Positions 17,603-25,663 of a stretch of DNA of 64,000 nucleotides are shown here, one piece after another; position 1 is the stretch's first letter, and every line of letters begins with the position of its first letter. Origin of the DNA: Anaerolineaceae bacterium (GTDB taxonomy: Bacteria; Chloroflexota; Anaerolineae; Anaerolineales; Villigracilaceae); the NCBI GenBank assembly GCA_009772985.1, contig WOUS01000012.1, forward strand, positions 46,044-110,043, in the 5' to 3' direction. The notes beneath the pieces were generated by a model. That model was not told where the DNA came from. It saw only the letters and a program-made list of their open reading frames with translations, and did no database searches. Both the position numbers and the translations under genes were made by a program.

Positions 17603-18748
17603 ATGAAACACCCAAGAATTATCTTCTCCCTTCTTTTGTTAACGGCACTCACGCTTTCATGCAGATTCACTGCATCCACGCCTGTTGCCACGCAGAGGAC
17701 TGACGCACCTGCGCCAACGGACGAAACCATCATCCCGGGCACACCCGCATCCGGCACCATCCCCGAAGGGGAAAGCGCCGCATACGATTGGTCCGCGCTC
17801 GACCAGACGTTGGAAAGTTTCGTGCCTGGCAAAGTGGACGGCTTGACCTTTCTGCTCGCCAAAGATGGGCAGGTGATTTACGAGAAGGCGCTTGGAAATC
17901 AAACGATGGACAGTTTCCTGCCCATTGCATCATCCACCAAGATGCCTTCGGCGGTGGTTATCCTGACGCTGGTGGAAGACGGGTTGATTGACCTGGACGA
18001 ACCCGTCGCCGCGTATTTGCAGGGACACATCAACTGGCCCGCCGACAAAGCCGCCATCACCACGCGCATGTTGCTCAATCACACCTCCGGCTTGCTCAAT
18101 CCAGGTTGTATCAGTAATCGTTGGAATGGAACATTGCAAGCCTGCGCCCAGGAAATCGCAGATGCGCCGCTGGAATTTTCGCCCGGCACACAGTTTGCTT
18201 ATGGCGGCGGGAGTTTCCAGGTGGCGGGCTACGTTGCTGAAGTGGTGAGCGGCAAATCCTGGAATGATTTATTTCAAGAACGCCTGGCAGAGCCGCTTGG
18301 GATGACGCAGTTCACGTACAGCGGCGGAACGCTGGGCAGCGAAACTAATCCGCGCATCGCCGGGGGCGCTTCATCGGATGTGGTTGATTACAATAAAATC
18401 CTCCAGATGATTTTGAACGGGGGACAATACAACGGGAAACAAATCCTCTCTCTCCAAACCGTTCAGATGATGTCCGCCAGCCAAATCTCCGGCTTGCCTC
18501 TCCTGCGCAGTCCTGGAGAAGACGATCTGCTGCTGGGATACAGTTTCGGGTTTTGGATTTCCGACCCGTCCATCCACCCCGGCAGCAACGGCCCCGAGTT
18601 GAGCGACCAGGGCGCGTTCGGCTGTACTCCCTGGGTGGACCTCGACCTCGGTTATTCCGCTATCCTGCTCATCAAAGACCGCACGCGTACCGGGACGGAA
18701 ATCTGGAATGTCATCCGTCCCATCATTATTCGGGAACTCGATCAATGA
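17603..18748 (+). CDS. beta-lactamase-family serine hydrolase lipoprotein
   Basis: The signal is MKHPRIIFSLLLLTALTLSC. The SxxK motif is ASSTKMP. It is a paralog of the N-terminal domain of the previous gene. Confidence 0.9.
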   Translation: MKHPRIIFSLLLLTALTLSCRFTASTPVATQRTDAPAPTDETIIPGTPASGTIPEGESAAYDWSALDQTLESFVPGKVDGLTFLLAKDGQVIYEKALGNQTMDSFLPIASSTKMPSAVVILTLVEDGLIDLDEPVAAYLQGHINWPADKAAITTRMLLNHTSGLLNPGCISNRWNGTLQACAQEIADAPLEFSPGTQFAYGGGSFQVAGYVAEVVSGKSWNDLFQERLAEPLGMTQFTYSGGTLGSETNPRIAGGASSDVVDYNKILQMILNGGQYNGKQILSLQTVQMMSASQISGLPLLRSPGEDDLLLGYSFGFWISDPSIHPGSNGPELSDQGAFGCTPWVDLDLGYSAILLIKDRTRTGTEIWNVIRPIIIRELDQ

Positions 18749-18880
18749 TGACTCTTTATCATTGATCATTAACGGAATGGATGGCGGTCATCGCCGCGTC
18801 TCTCGCTCCCGCCCTGCTGGTTGAGTTGTACAAACTGCGCGCCGAGCAAGGATAACGGCAAAAGGAATGTCCGAGTTGGA

Positions 18881-19045
18881 TTACCTGCCCCCGCGCGATG
18901 CCAATCCCTTCGGATCGAGCAGGATGACGGCTTTGTTATCCCGCAACCCCAGCGCTTTGGTGGGACAGGCGCGCACACACAATCCGCACCCATCGCATCG
19001 TTGCGGGTCAATCATTGGAATGGGTCTATCGTTGAAATAAGTCAT
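18881..19045 (-). pseudogene. truncated ferredoxin paralog (54 codons, one cluster motif only)
   Basis: My translation is MTYFNDRPIPMIDPQRCDGCGLCVRACPTKALGLRDNKAVILLDPKGLASRGGR*. The first 26 residues are identical to 14066..14329 and the second Cys motif is lost. It is too short for the ORF track. Confidence 0.6.
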
Positions 19046-19064
19046 TCATGCTCCAAAATAAAAC
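18967..19064. repeat. 98-bp perfect direct repeat, copy 2
   Basis: Identical to 14251..14348. Confidence 0.95.
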
Positions 19065-19722
19065 CTTTATCCAAAATCTGGATTTGATGACGCTCCACGC
19101 GGATCATTTCCTTTTCCGCCAGTTTACGCAAAGCACGGTTGAGCACGTCTGGCACAGTGCCGAGGCGGGAAGCCATTTCGGCTTGTGTAGCCCACTGCCG
19201 GCGCTGCACCGACGCGCCCTCCGCCTGTTCCAGCAAAAGCCGCGCGAGCCGCGCTTCCACCGAACGCAGGGACAGGTCCTCCACCAAGCGGATCAGGTAC
19301 TGCACCCTGCCCGCCAGTTCCCGAATCACCTGACGCGCCAGGGAGGGATGCTCCTCCAGCAGTTTCAACAGGGCTGCACGTTGAACCAACCAGATCGCCG
19401 AAGTCTCCAGCGCCGTGACGGTGGCCTGGTTGGGCGCGTCGGTGAACACGCTGAGCGCATTGAAAACATCCCCAGGTCCCAGCGTTTGCAATATTTGCTC
19501 GCGGCCATCCATGCCGATTTTAGAGACCTTCAGCCAGCCGTTTTCAAGGATGTGCATGCCCGAACAGGGTTCGCCCTCCAGCAGGATGACCTGCTCCGCG
19601 TCATAGACGCGTCGAAACGTTGCCCGTTCCACGGAAGTCAGCGCGGCGGCATCCAAACCCGAAAAATAGGATACGGCTTTCAAAATGTCGTGTGCTTTTT
19701 GGGGCAATTCGCTGTCACTCAT
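19042..19722 (-). CDS. Crp/Fnr family transcriptional regulator (copy 3)
   Basis: The barrel segment is VILLEGEPCSGMHILENGWLKVSKIGMDGREQ. It shares the LVEDLSLRSVEARLA motif with copy 2. The HTH is TQAEMASRLGTVPDVLNRALRKL. Confidence 0.9.
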   Translation of the reverse strand: MSDSELPQKAHDILKAVSYFSGLDAAALTSVERATFRRVYDAEQVILLEGEPCSGMHILENGWLKVSKIGMDGREQILQTLGPGDVFNALSVFTDAPNQATVTALETSAIWLVQRAALLKLLEEHPSLARQVIRELAGRVQYLIRLVEDLSLRSVEARLARLLLEQAEGASVQRRQWATQAEMASRLGTVPDVLNRALRKLAEKEMIRVERHQIQILDKGFILEHE

Positions 19723-19767
19723 GGAATATCCTTTCCCTGCAATCTTACCATGCGACCCCCTCCCGAC

Positions 19768-19806
19768 CCTCCCCCAAATTCCACGTTCTTTGGAATTTGG
19801 GGGAGG
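19768..19806. repeat. perfect 16-bp inverted repeat (hairpin) in divergent intergenic region
   Basis: cctcccccaaattcca cgttctt tggaatttgggggagg. No flanking T tract on either strand. Confidence 0.6.
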
Positions 19807-19853
19807 AGAATCGTTCGATGGGTTGAAAACGGCAATACTTGAAAACGCTCGCC

Positions 19854-19873
19854 TTAATGACTTAAGTCGTTAA
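19854..19873. promoter_or_regulatory. 20-bp near-perfect palindrome TTAATGACTT/AAGTCGTTAA upstream of 19919
   Basis: 9 of 10 positions are symmetric. Its centre lies about 30 nt upstream of a TATACT -10-like hexamer (19893..19898). Confidence 0.3.
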
Positions 19874-19918
19874 CTTCTCGGCAGGACGCGCATATACTGA
19901 TTTCAAAGGAGAAAAAAC

Positions 19919-20299
19919 ATGAACACAACCCTCAACAAAATCGCATCTGGTCTGGCCTTCCTCATCGGCGGCATCGCAGTGGTCGCGGGCGGGCTGGTCC
20001 TGCTGGGCCAGGAAACCGATTATCTGGTCATCAACTGGCTTCTGCTCTACAACTACACCGTCGGCGTACTGACCGTGTTCCTCACCGCCATCCTCATCTG
20101 GAGAAATAGCAAACTCGCCCTGCCGGCCGCCCTCGCGACCTTCGGCGCGCATACCGGCGTCATGCTGATCCTGCTGACCGCCTATCGCGGCGTCGTTTCG
20201 ACACACAGCCTCGAGGACATGACGGTGCGGATCGCCGCCTGGCTGATCATTCTGACCCTGATGTTTTTCCAGTTGCGGAAAAACAAGGCGGCAAAATAA
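19919..20299 (+). CDS. 4-TM membrane protein, unknown family (family A)
   Basis: AAAGGAG RBS. It is a paralog of 20995..21390 (TLNKIA..LAF(L/I)IGG...NWLLLYNY / DWLVVYNF). Confidence 0.8.
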   Translation: MNTTLNKIASGLAFLIGGIAVVAGGLVLLGQETDYLVINWLLLYNYTVGVLTVFLTAILIWRNSKLALPAALATFGAHTGVMLILLTAYRGVVSTHSLEDMTVRIAAWLIILTLMFFQLRKNKAAK

Positions 20300-20371
20300 C
20301 ACTTCTGGCGCTTGTTTTACGATTTGGAAAAGGCCGATACGATAAAAGTCGTATGCAAAAAGCAGGTCCGT

Positions 20372-20387
20372 CTGTACACTGGTACAG
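20372..20387. promoter_or_regulatory. palindrome CTGTAC-ACTG-GTACAG upstream of BON gene
   Basis: A perfect 6-4-6 palindrome 27 nt upstream of the ATG at 20414. Confidence 0.25.
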
Positions 20388-20413
20388 ATGAACCTGTTAT
20401 TTGGTAAAACGAT

Positions 20414-20692
20414 ATGTTCCATACCCCTGATCAAAACACCGATGAAAACCTGCGCGCCGCGATATTGGTCCGCTTCGCCGCCGATGACCGGACGGCCTCT
20501 GCCAGTCTGCGCGTGGGCGCGCTGAACGGGATCATCCACCTGGCAGGGACAGCCCCATCACCGGAAGCGCGCCTCGCCGCGGCCGAACTGGCCGGGAGCG
20601 TGTCGGGGGTGCGCGGCGTGGTCAACCGGATCGAAGCGCCCGGCGCGCCCCGCCCGGCGCGGACAATCAATTTGGATTTGCAAGGAAAGTAA
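20414..20692 (+). CDS. BON domain protein
   Basis: LRVGALNGIIHLAGTAPSPEARLAAAELAGSVSGVRGVVNRI fits the BON (OsmY-type) pattern. No signal peptide was seen. Confidence 0.7.
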   Translation: MFHTPDQNTDENLRAAILVRFAADDRTASASLRVGALNGIIHLAGTAPSPEARLAAAELAGSVSGVRGVVNRIEAPGAPRPARTINLDLQGK

Positions 20693-20713
20693 AAGCGAAA
20701 AGGAAATCGTGAA

Positions 20714-20992
20714 ATGACAAAATTCTGGAGTAAATGGTTCCGTAAATTCCACCGCTGGATCGCGATCCCGACCGCCCTGGCCATCCCGGCCGCGCTGGTC
20801 ATCAAACTGATCGGCGACCCCAAAATTGTGGCCGCCTGGGAAAAACTGGATAAGATCCCGTCCATTTTGATGCTGATCATGGCGCTCAGCGGATCCTATC
20901 TATACCTGCTGCCCTATATCGTCAAGGGGCAACGGAAGAAGAGAATCGCCATCTCTCAACCCGAAAACCGCCAGACACTAAAGGAGATTTGA
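20714..20992 (+). CDS. small 2-TM protein with PepSY-TM-like helix
   Basis: FRKFHRWIAIPTALAIPAAL resembles the PepSY-associated TM helix motif. 92 aa. Confidence 0.55.
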   Translation: MTKFWSKWFRKFHRWIAIPTALAIPAALVIKLIGDPKIVAAWEKLDKIPSILMLIMALSGSYLYLLPYIVKGQRKKRIAISQPENRQTLKEI

Positions 20993-20994
20993 TC

Positions 20995-21390
20995 ATGAAA
21001 ACGAAGACCACTCTGAATAAGATCGCGGCCGTCCTGGCCTTTATCATCGGCGCAATGTCTATTTTCGCCGGCGGGCAAGTCTTCCTGGGCATCCTTCCCG
21101 ATTACTACGTGATTGACTGGCTCGTGGTCTACAACTTCGTGGCCGGCATCGCCTCGGCATTCTTTGCGGCCATCGTCATCTGGAAGAACAGCCGTCTGGC
21201 CTTTCCATCCGCCATCACGATCTTCAGCCTGCACGCCGCTGTGATGGTCATCCTGCAGACAGCTTACAGTGATGTAGTTGCACCGGACAGCATCAAAGCC
21301 ATGACGGTCCGGCTTGTATTCTACACAATTATCTTAACCTTGTTATTCATTCAGCAGAAAAAAATCAAAAAACAAGGAGATATGGCATGA
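20995..21390 (+). CDS. 4-TM membrane protein (family A paralog)
   Basis: An AAGGAG RBS lies 8 nt upstream of the ATG at 20995. It is similar to 19919..20299 along its full length. Confidence 0.8.
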   Translation: MKTKTTLNKIAAVLAFIIGAMSIFAGGQVFLGILPDYYVIDWLVVYNFVAGIASAFFAAIVIWKNSRLAFPSAITIFSLHAAVMVILQTAYSDVVAPDSIKAMTVRLVFYTIILTLLFIQQKKIKKQGDMA

Positions 21391-22184
21391 AAGGCAACAA
21401 CAAATTAGGGGCTTTCCTGGCTGTCGTCGGCGTCCTGACCGGATTGCTGGTCTTCTATCTGCTTGCCAGTCAATACAACCTGGTGATTGATGCAAAGACC
21501 GTCGCGGGGCGGACGGATGAGGCTACCTCCGTAACAATCACCTATGCCGTGCTCGGGTGGATCGGGATCACGGCTGGGGCAATCTGGGCGGCGGTTCTTT
21601 ACGGCTTCCTTAACAAGGAAAAATGGGCCTGGCTCTGGGGCGCGGTGGCCGCGACGATCCAACTGCTGGTGGGCTTCTTCCCGATGATCCCCGCCATGGA
21701 CAGCCACCTGCCGACACCAACGATCGCGATTTTCATCCTGGCCGCCATCCTGTGGTTTGGGATGCTCTTCATTGGCGGTGTCGAGAAAAAGATCATAGCT
21801 TTAACCTTCATCGCAGGGCTGGCTTACGTGCTGACGTTCATTGACGGCGTCGCGCCCATTTCCAAGTACACCACCTCGCATGATGATCCCTTCTGGAACG
21901 GCATGTATGTCATGTCACAACAGGTCAGTTGGTGGGGAGCGGCGGCCTGGGCGGTATTCATCTTTGCCGTGTTCGGGAAGAAATCCTGGGCCATCCCCGT
22001 AGGTATTTTTGCGGGCGCCATGTCCATGCTGGCTGGATATCCGCTGGGGCTGCATAACGCGCTGTTCGAGGTGCATCGCTTCTCAATGTTCCTGCCTGCG
22101 CCGCTTTTCGGCACCGGATTGTTAATCTACCTGCTGCTGCCGTCCACGCGGAGAATGCTCGCAGCGTGGAATACGAAAGAATAG
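21387..22184 (+). CDS. polytopic membrane protein (family B)
   Basis: Its start overlaps the previous stop (ATGA). 265 aa. It has an internally repeated motif: KEKWAWLWGAVAATIQLLVGFFP and KKSWAIPVGIFAGAMSMLAGYP. Confidence 0.85.
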   Translation: MKGNNKLGAFLAVVGVLTGLLVFYLLASQYNLVIDAKTVAGRTDEATSVTITYAVLGWIGITAGAIWAAVLYGFLNKEKWAWLWGAVAATIQLLVGFFPMIPAMDSHLPTPTIAIFILAAILWFGMLFIGGVEKKIIALTFIAGLAYVLTFIDGVAPISKYTTSHDDPFWNGMYVMSQQVSWWGAAAWAVFIFAVFGKKSWAIPVGIFAGAMSMLAGYPLGLHNALFEVHRFSMFLPAPLFGTGLLIYLLLPSTRRMLAAWNTKE

Positions 22185-22304
22185 CGAGGCGCGCCTCAGG
22201 CCTAATTTAACAGACCGTTCTGCAGGTTATAATATTCCCACAACATTTCACGAAAAACCTGCAGAGCGATCAATAAAATCACTTTTCTTTGAAGGAGGTT
22301 CGTT

Positions 22305-23093
22305 ATGAAAGGCAATACCAAACTTGGGGCTGTCCTGGCCGTTCTCGGCATCCTGACCGGATTTCTGGTTCTCTTCCTGCTGGCAAGCACTTACATGCCA
22401 ATTGTCGAAGGGAAAATCCTGGACGGGCGGCCGGATGAAGCCATCACGGTGCGGATTGTTCATGCCCTGCTGGGCTGGGCGGGGATGGCTGCCGGGGCGC
22501 TATGGGTGGCCGTGCTTTACGGCTTCCTGACTAAAAAGGAATGGGCCTGGGGTTGGGGCGTGGTTGCCGCGACGGCGCAAATCCTGGCTGGCTTCTTCCC
22601 GATGATTCCAGCCGCCAGCATCAGGATGCCCACCCCAACAATATGGGTGTTCCTGATCGCCTTCGCCTTGTGGTTCGGGATGCTCTTCATCGGCGGCGTG
22701 AAAAAACAAATCATCGCCCTGGCGTTCGTCAGCGGACTGGCTTACGTGCTGACGTTCATTGACGGCGTCGGTTCCATCTCGCGTTATCAAACGTCTGACA
22801 ACAGTTTTGCCATTGGGATGTACGCCATGGGACAGATGATCAACTGGTTGGGCGCAATCGTCTGGGCGGTGTTCATTTACGCGCTGGTGAAAGGAAAAAC
22901 ATGGGCTTATCCCGTGGGACTTTTCGCCGCATCCATGTCCATTTTTGGCGGCTATCCCGTAGGTCTCACGGATATCTTCCAGATCGGGCGCTTCTCCATG
23001 TTCCTGGTTGCGCCGGTGATGAGCACGGGCCTGCTGGCCTACCTGCTCCTGCCGGGGACGCGCAAAATGCTCGAGAAATGGGCGGCAGGATAA
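22305..23093 (+). CDS. polytopic membrane protein (family B, tandem paralog)
   Basis: GAAGGAGG RBS. 262 aa, collinear with 21387..22184 (MKGN.KLGA.LAV.G.LTG...). Confidence 0.85.
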   Translation: MKGNTKLGAVLAVLGILTGFLVLFLLASTYMPIVEGKILDGRPDEAITVRIVHALLGWAGMAAGALWVAVLYGFLTKKEWAWGWGVVAATAQILAGFFPMIPAASIRMPTPTIWVFLIAFALWFGMLFIGGVKKQIIALAFVSGLAYVLTFIDGVGSISRYQTSDNSFAIGMYAMGQMINWLGAIVWAVFIYALVKGKTWAYPVGLFAASMSIFGGYPVGLTDIFQIGRFSMFLVAPVMSTGLLAYLLLPGTRKMLEKWAAG

Positions 23094-23116
23094 AGGTCCG
23101 GGCAAAGGCGCGGGTT

Positions 23117-23132
23117 TGTGACCTTTGTCACA
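23117..23132. promoter_or_regulatory. perfect CRP-consensus palindrome TGTGA-N6-TCACA
   Basis: The sequence is tgtgacctttgtcaca. Its centre lies about 30 nt upstream of the TGcAATAAT extended -10-like element at 23151..23159. That places it near -41.5 of a predicted start site (class II geometry). Confidence 0.55.
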
Positions 23133-23230
23133 GCAGTGGACCGGTTCATGTGCAATAATATTCTCAGTAACCCGCTGTAAACCAACGGGTTAAATTCATG
23201 GAGGTGTTCCCCTCCAAAAGGAGAATGATT

Positions 23231-23848
23231 ATGAACCTGTTCACCCTCGACAATCTGTTCCTTCTGCTCACCGGCCTGACGGCCATCTACCTGCTGTGGC
23301 GCTTCTACACTCGCTGGAGCAAGGGTAAAGCCCTTTATGATATGTACTACATGATGGGCTTCCTCGTCCTGCTGGTCTCCGGCCTGCTGCTCATCTTCCT
23401 GGGACTGGGCATCCTGGCCTCGCCGTACGTACTGACGGTGGCCTCGCTCATCCCGCTGGGCATTTCGATGGGCATCGTCGAAGAGTACTTCCCGCAGTGG
23501 AAGAAGGCTTTCAAGTGGTTTGCGCTGGTCGGCTTCCTGGCGATTGCGATATCGGCCATCTTCGGGATGGACATCGTCAAGAAGATCTCCGTCCCGCTCT
23601 TCCACGGCGTGGCCGGATTGGTCATCTTCCTCGGCCCATTCATGGCTAAGAAAGCGCCGAAAGGCTTCTGGTGGGTCGGCATCGGCGGCGTACTGATCGG
23701 CCTCGGCGGCATCGCCCTGGCGTTCATCTCGATGGGCGCGCAACTGCTCTTCTTCAGCCCGGCCTTCGTCATGCTCATCCTGACCCCGCTTCTGCTGCTC
23801 ATGACCCTGGCCTTCACTTTCGGCTTCGTCAAAGATATCAAAGGCTAA
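23231..23848 (+). CDS. polytopic membrane protein (family C)
   Basis: AAAGGAG RBS. 205 aa. It is a paralog of 27558..28166 (LLLTGL.A.Y...; (F/V)HG(V/L)AGL.IFL.P; VGIGG.LIG.GG(I/L)). Confidence 0.8.
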   Translation: MNLFTLDNLFLLLTGLTAIYLLWRFYTRWSKGKALYDMYYMMGFLVLLVSGLLLIFLGLGILASPYVLTVASLIPLGISMGIVEEYFPQWKKAFKWFALVGFLAIAISAIFGMDIVKKISVPLFHGVAGLVIFLGPFMAKKAPKGFWWVGIGGVLIGLGGIALAFISMGAQLLFFSPAFVMLILTPLLLLMTLAFTFGFVKDIKG

Positions 23849-24187
23849 TCTGCCTTCCTTTCAAGAGATCGAAAGGCCTGATATTGGACACGGATTGCTC
23901 GGATAGCACATTCCCACCGCTTTCCCTGTACTCCGTGTCCAATTTTATTGAATTGACAAAAGGTAAAGACTCTTCCTGAACTTTGTGCTATTTTATACGA
24001 AGACATTATTTGTAATAACACTCTTTGCATCGAAATGCCCGAATTTACCCTTCACCCTTCGGGTACTGCGCGGGTACGATGTCACGAATCTTCTTCGGGC
24101 AATTCGTAAAAATTCGATGCAAAAAACGGGCAAGTGCAATTACCGGTAAAGTCTAATAGATGTTTCGCTTTTTAAAAGGAGCCGCCA

Positions 24188-25663
24188 ATGCAGTTCATCA
24201 AAGACCGTTTCACTTACTTGTTCAAATCCACCAAGGGTTTGATCCTGGTGGCGATTGCCATGATCGCCCTGGAGACCGCCATCTTCGGGATGCTCTCCGG
24301 CCCGATGGCCGAACTGGGCGTGCGCGATTTCATGATCCGTTTCCTGAAAATGGATATCGTTCAGGCCGAGCGCGAAGGACGCATCATCATCCTGTACCAT
24401 TCCATCGCCATGGCCGTGGTCGCCATCGAGACCTACATGATCACCAGCTTGCTGAAGATGAAAGAGTTCTACAAAACAGCCGTGCGGGCGCTCGTCACCG
24501 TTGGCTACCTGCTGGTTATGCTCTTCGGCCTGGGCTTCGCTTACTGGGGCCACAACTGGGCTTTCCACGGGCTGTACATCTTCGGCCTGTCGCTCATCTT
24601 CTTCGCCGGCGTCCTGCTGACCATCGCGCTCTGGCCGTGGAACAAGGAATATTATCAGTCTGACAAGAACTATTCCCGCACCAAAAAAGGGGTGGATATA
24701 GAACGCACGGCCTTCTTTGCCACCGCCCTCACCACGGTCATCTCCGCCCTGTTCGGCGCCGTCCCCGGTTCGTTCTTCGGCAACGGATTCGAAGTCTTCC
24801 TGGCCGAGAACATCATCCGCCTGCCGGAAAAGACCACCATGGAATATTCGATCATCGGCCACCTGCACATCATGCTGGCCCTGATCGCGATCATGATCAC
24901 CCTCATCATCGGCCGCTGGCTGAACTTCAAGGGCATCCTGCACAAGGTCGCCATGCCGCTGATGATCCTCGGTACGATTGTCCTCAATCTCGGCGTGTGG
25001 GGCGTAGCCACACCGCTCGAACCCATCGCCCACACGATCATCTACGTCGGCGCGACTCCGTCCATGTTCGCGGCCCTGCTCCTCCTGATCTGGAGTTGGA
25101 ACAAACTCATCAAGGACGGCATCGCCCAAATCAAGAAGCCCAATCTCGGCGACCGGCTGCGCGCGCTCCTGCGCGACCCGCTCAAGTTTGGCCCCACCTG
25201 GCAAATGCTCTTCATGAACTTCACCACCAGCGGCATCGGCATCTTCATGGCCATCCGCCTGGAAGAGATTTTCCGCGTCTGGCCCGCCCGCGAAGAGCGC
25301 ATCGAACTGACCGGCCACTGGCACGTGCTTTCGGCCATCATCGCCACCATCATCCTGCTCTACTATGGCGATATGATCGGACTGAAAGGCAAATTGCGCC
25401 AGGTTTACGGCTGGGCCCTCATCATTCTCTCGGACATTGCCTTCGGCGCGGTCACCATCTTCGAGATGAAACGCCTGTTCATCACAGAGGCCGTACAACA
25501 GCCGCTGGTCAACGTCCTCATGTACCTGATGGACTTCGGCCTGGGAATGCTGCTCGTCATCCTGGCGATGCTCATGGTCTGGCGTTTGGCCGATTTGTTC
25601 AAGAAAAAAGGGCGCTGGAAGAAAGAAGTGGATCACGAACTTTCTGCGGAGGTGACAAAATGA
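24188..25663 (+). CDS. 12-TM His-rich membrane protein, candidate divergent heme-copper oxidase (subunit I-like) superfamily member
   Basis: AAAGGAG RBS. I count 12 hydrophobic helices. Its histidine motifs are YHSIAMAVV (H71), GHLHIM (H225/H227), AHTIIYVG (H282) and GHWHVLS (H377/H379). Their helix positions and spacing are reminiscent of COX1/NorB ligands. The gene itself is high confidence. The family call is a hypothesis. Confidence 0.6.
   Translation: MQFIKDRFTYLFKSTKGLILVAIAMIALETAIFGMLSGPMAELGVRDFMIRFLKMDIVQAEREGRIIILYHSIAMAVVAIETYMITSLLKMKEFYKTAVRALVTVGYLLVMLFGLGFAYWGHNWAFHGLYIFGLSLIFFAGVLLTIALWPWNKEYYQSDKNYSRTKKGVDIERTAFFATALTTVISALFGAVPGSFFGNGFEVFLAENIIRLPEKTTMEYSIIGHLHIMLALIAIMITLIIGRWLNFKGILHKVAMPLMILGTIVLNLGVWGVATPLEPIAHTIIYVGATPSMFAALLLLIWSWNKLIKDGIAQIKKPNLGDRLRALLRDPLKFGPTWQMLFMNFTTSGIGIFMAIRLEEIFRVWPAREERIELTGHWHVLSAIIATIILLYYGDMIGLKGKLRQVYGWALIILSDIAFGAVTIFEMKRLFITEAVQQPLVNVLMYLMDFGLGMLLVILAMLMVWRLADLFKKKGRWKKEVDHELSAEVTK

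Noticed and set aside
20372-20387. Grouping the CTGTAC-ACTG-GTACAG and TTAATGACTT/AAGTCGTTAA palindromes with the TGTGA-N6-TCACA boxes as one regulon motif.
   Set aside because: The half-site sequence and spacing differ (14-mer and 20-mer versus 16-mer). I kept them as separate low-confidence sites rather than claiming a single motif.
22185-22304. 9-bp inverted repeat ctgcaggtt...aacctgcag between the two family-B paralogs, considered as a terminator or attenuator.
   Set aside because: The stem is short, the loop is 27 nt and there is no T tract. It may simply be promoter-region sequence, since it contains tataat.
24140-25636. 498-aa minus-strand ORF covering the whole HCO-like gene. Similar long antisense ORFs occur at 26619..27620, 28172..28840, 19862..20539, 22500..23105 and 23039..23743.
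   Set aside because: These are shadow ORFs typical of GC-rich DNA. Their translations are dominated by Arg, Gly, Asp, His and Glu runs with no motifs. The opposite strand encodes coherent membrane proteins with RBSs and paralogs.
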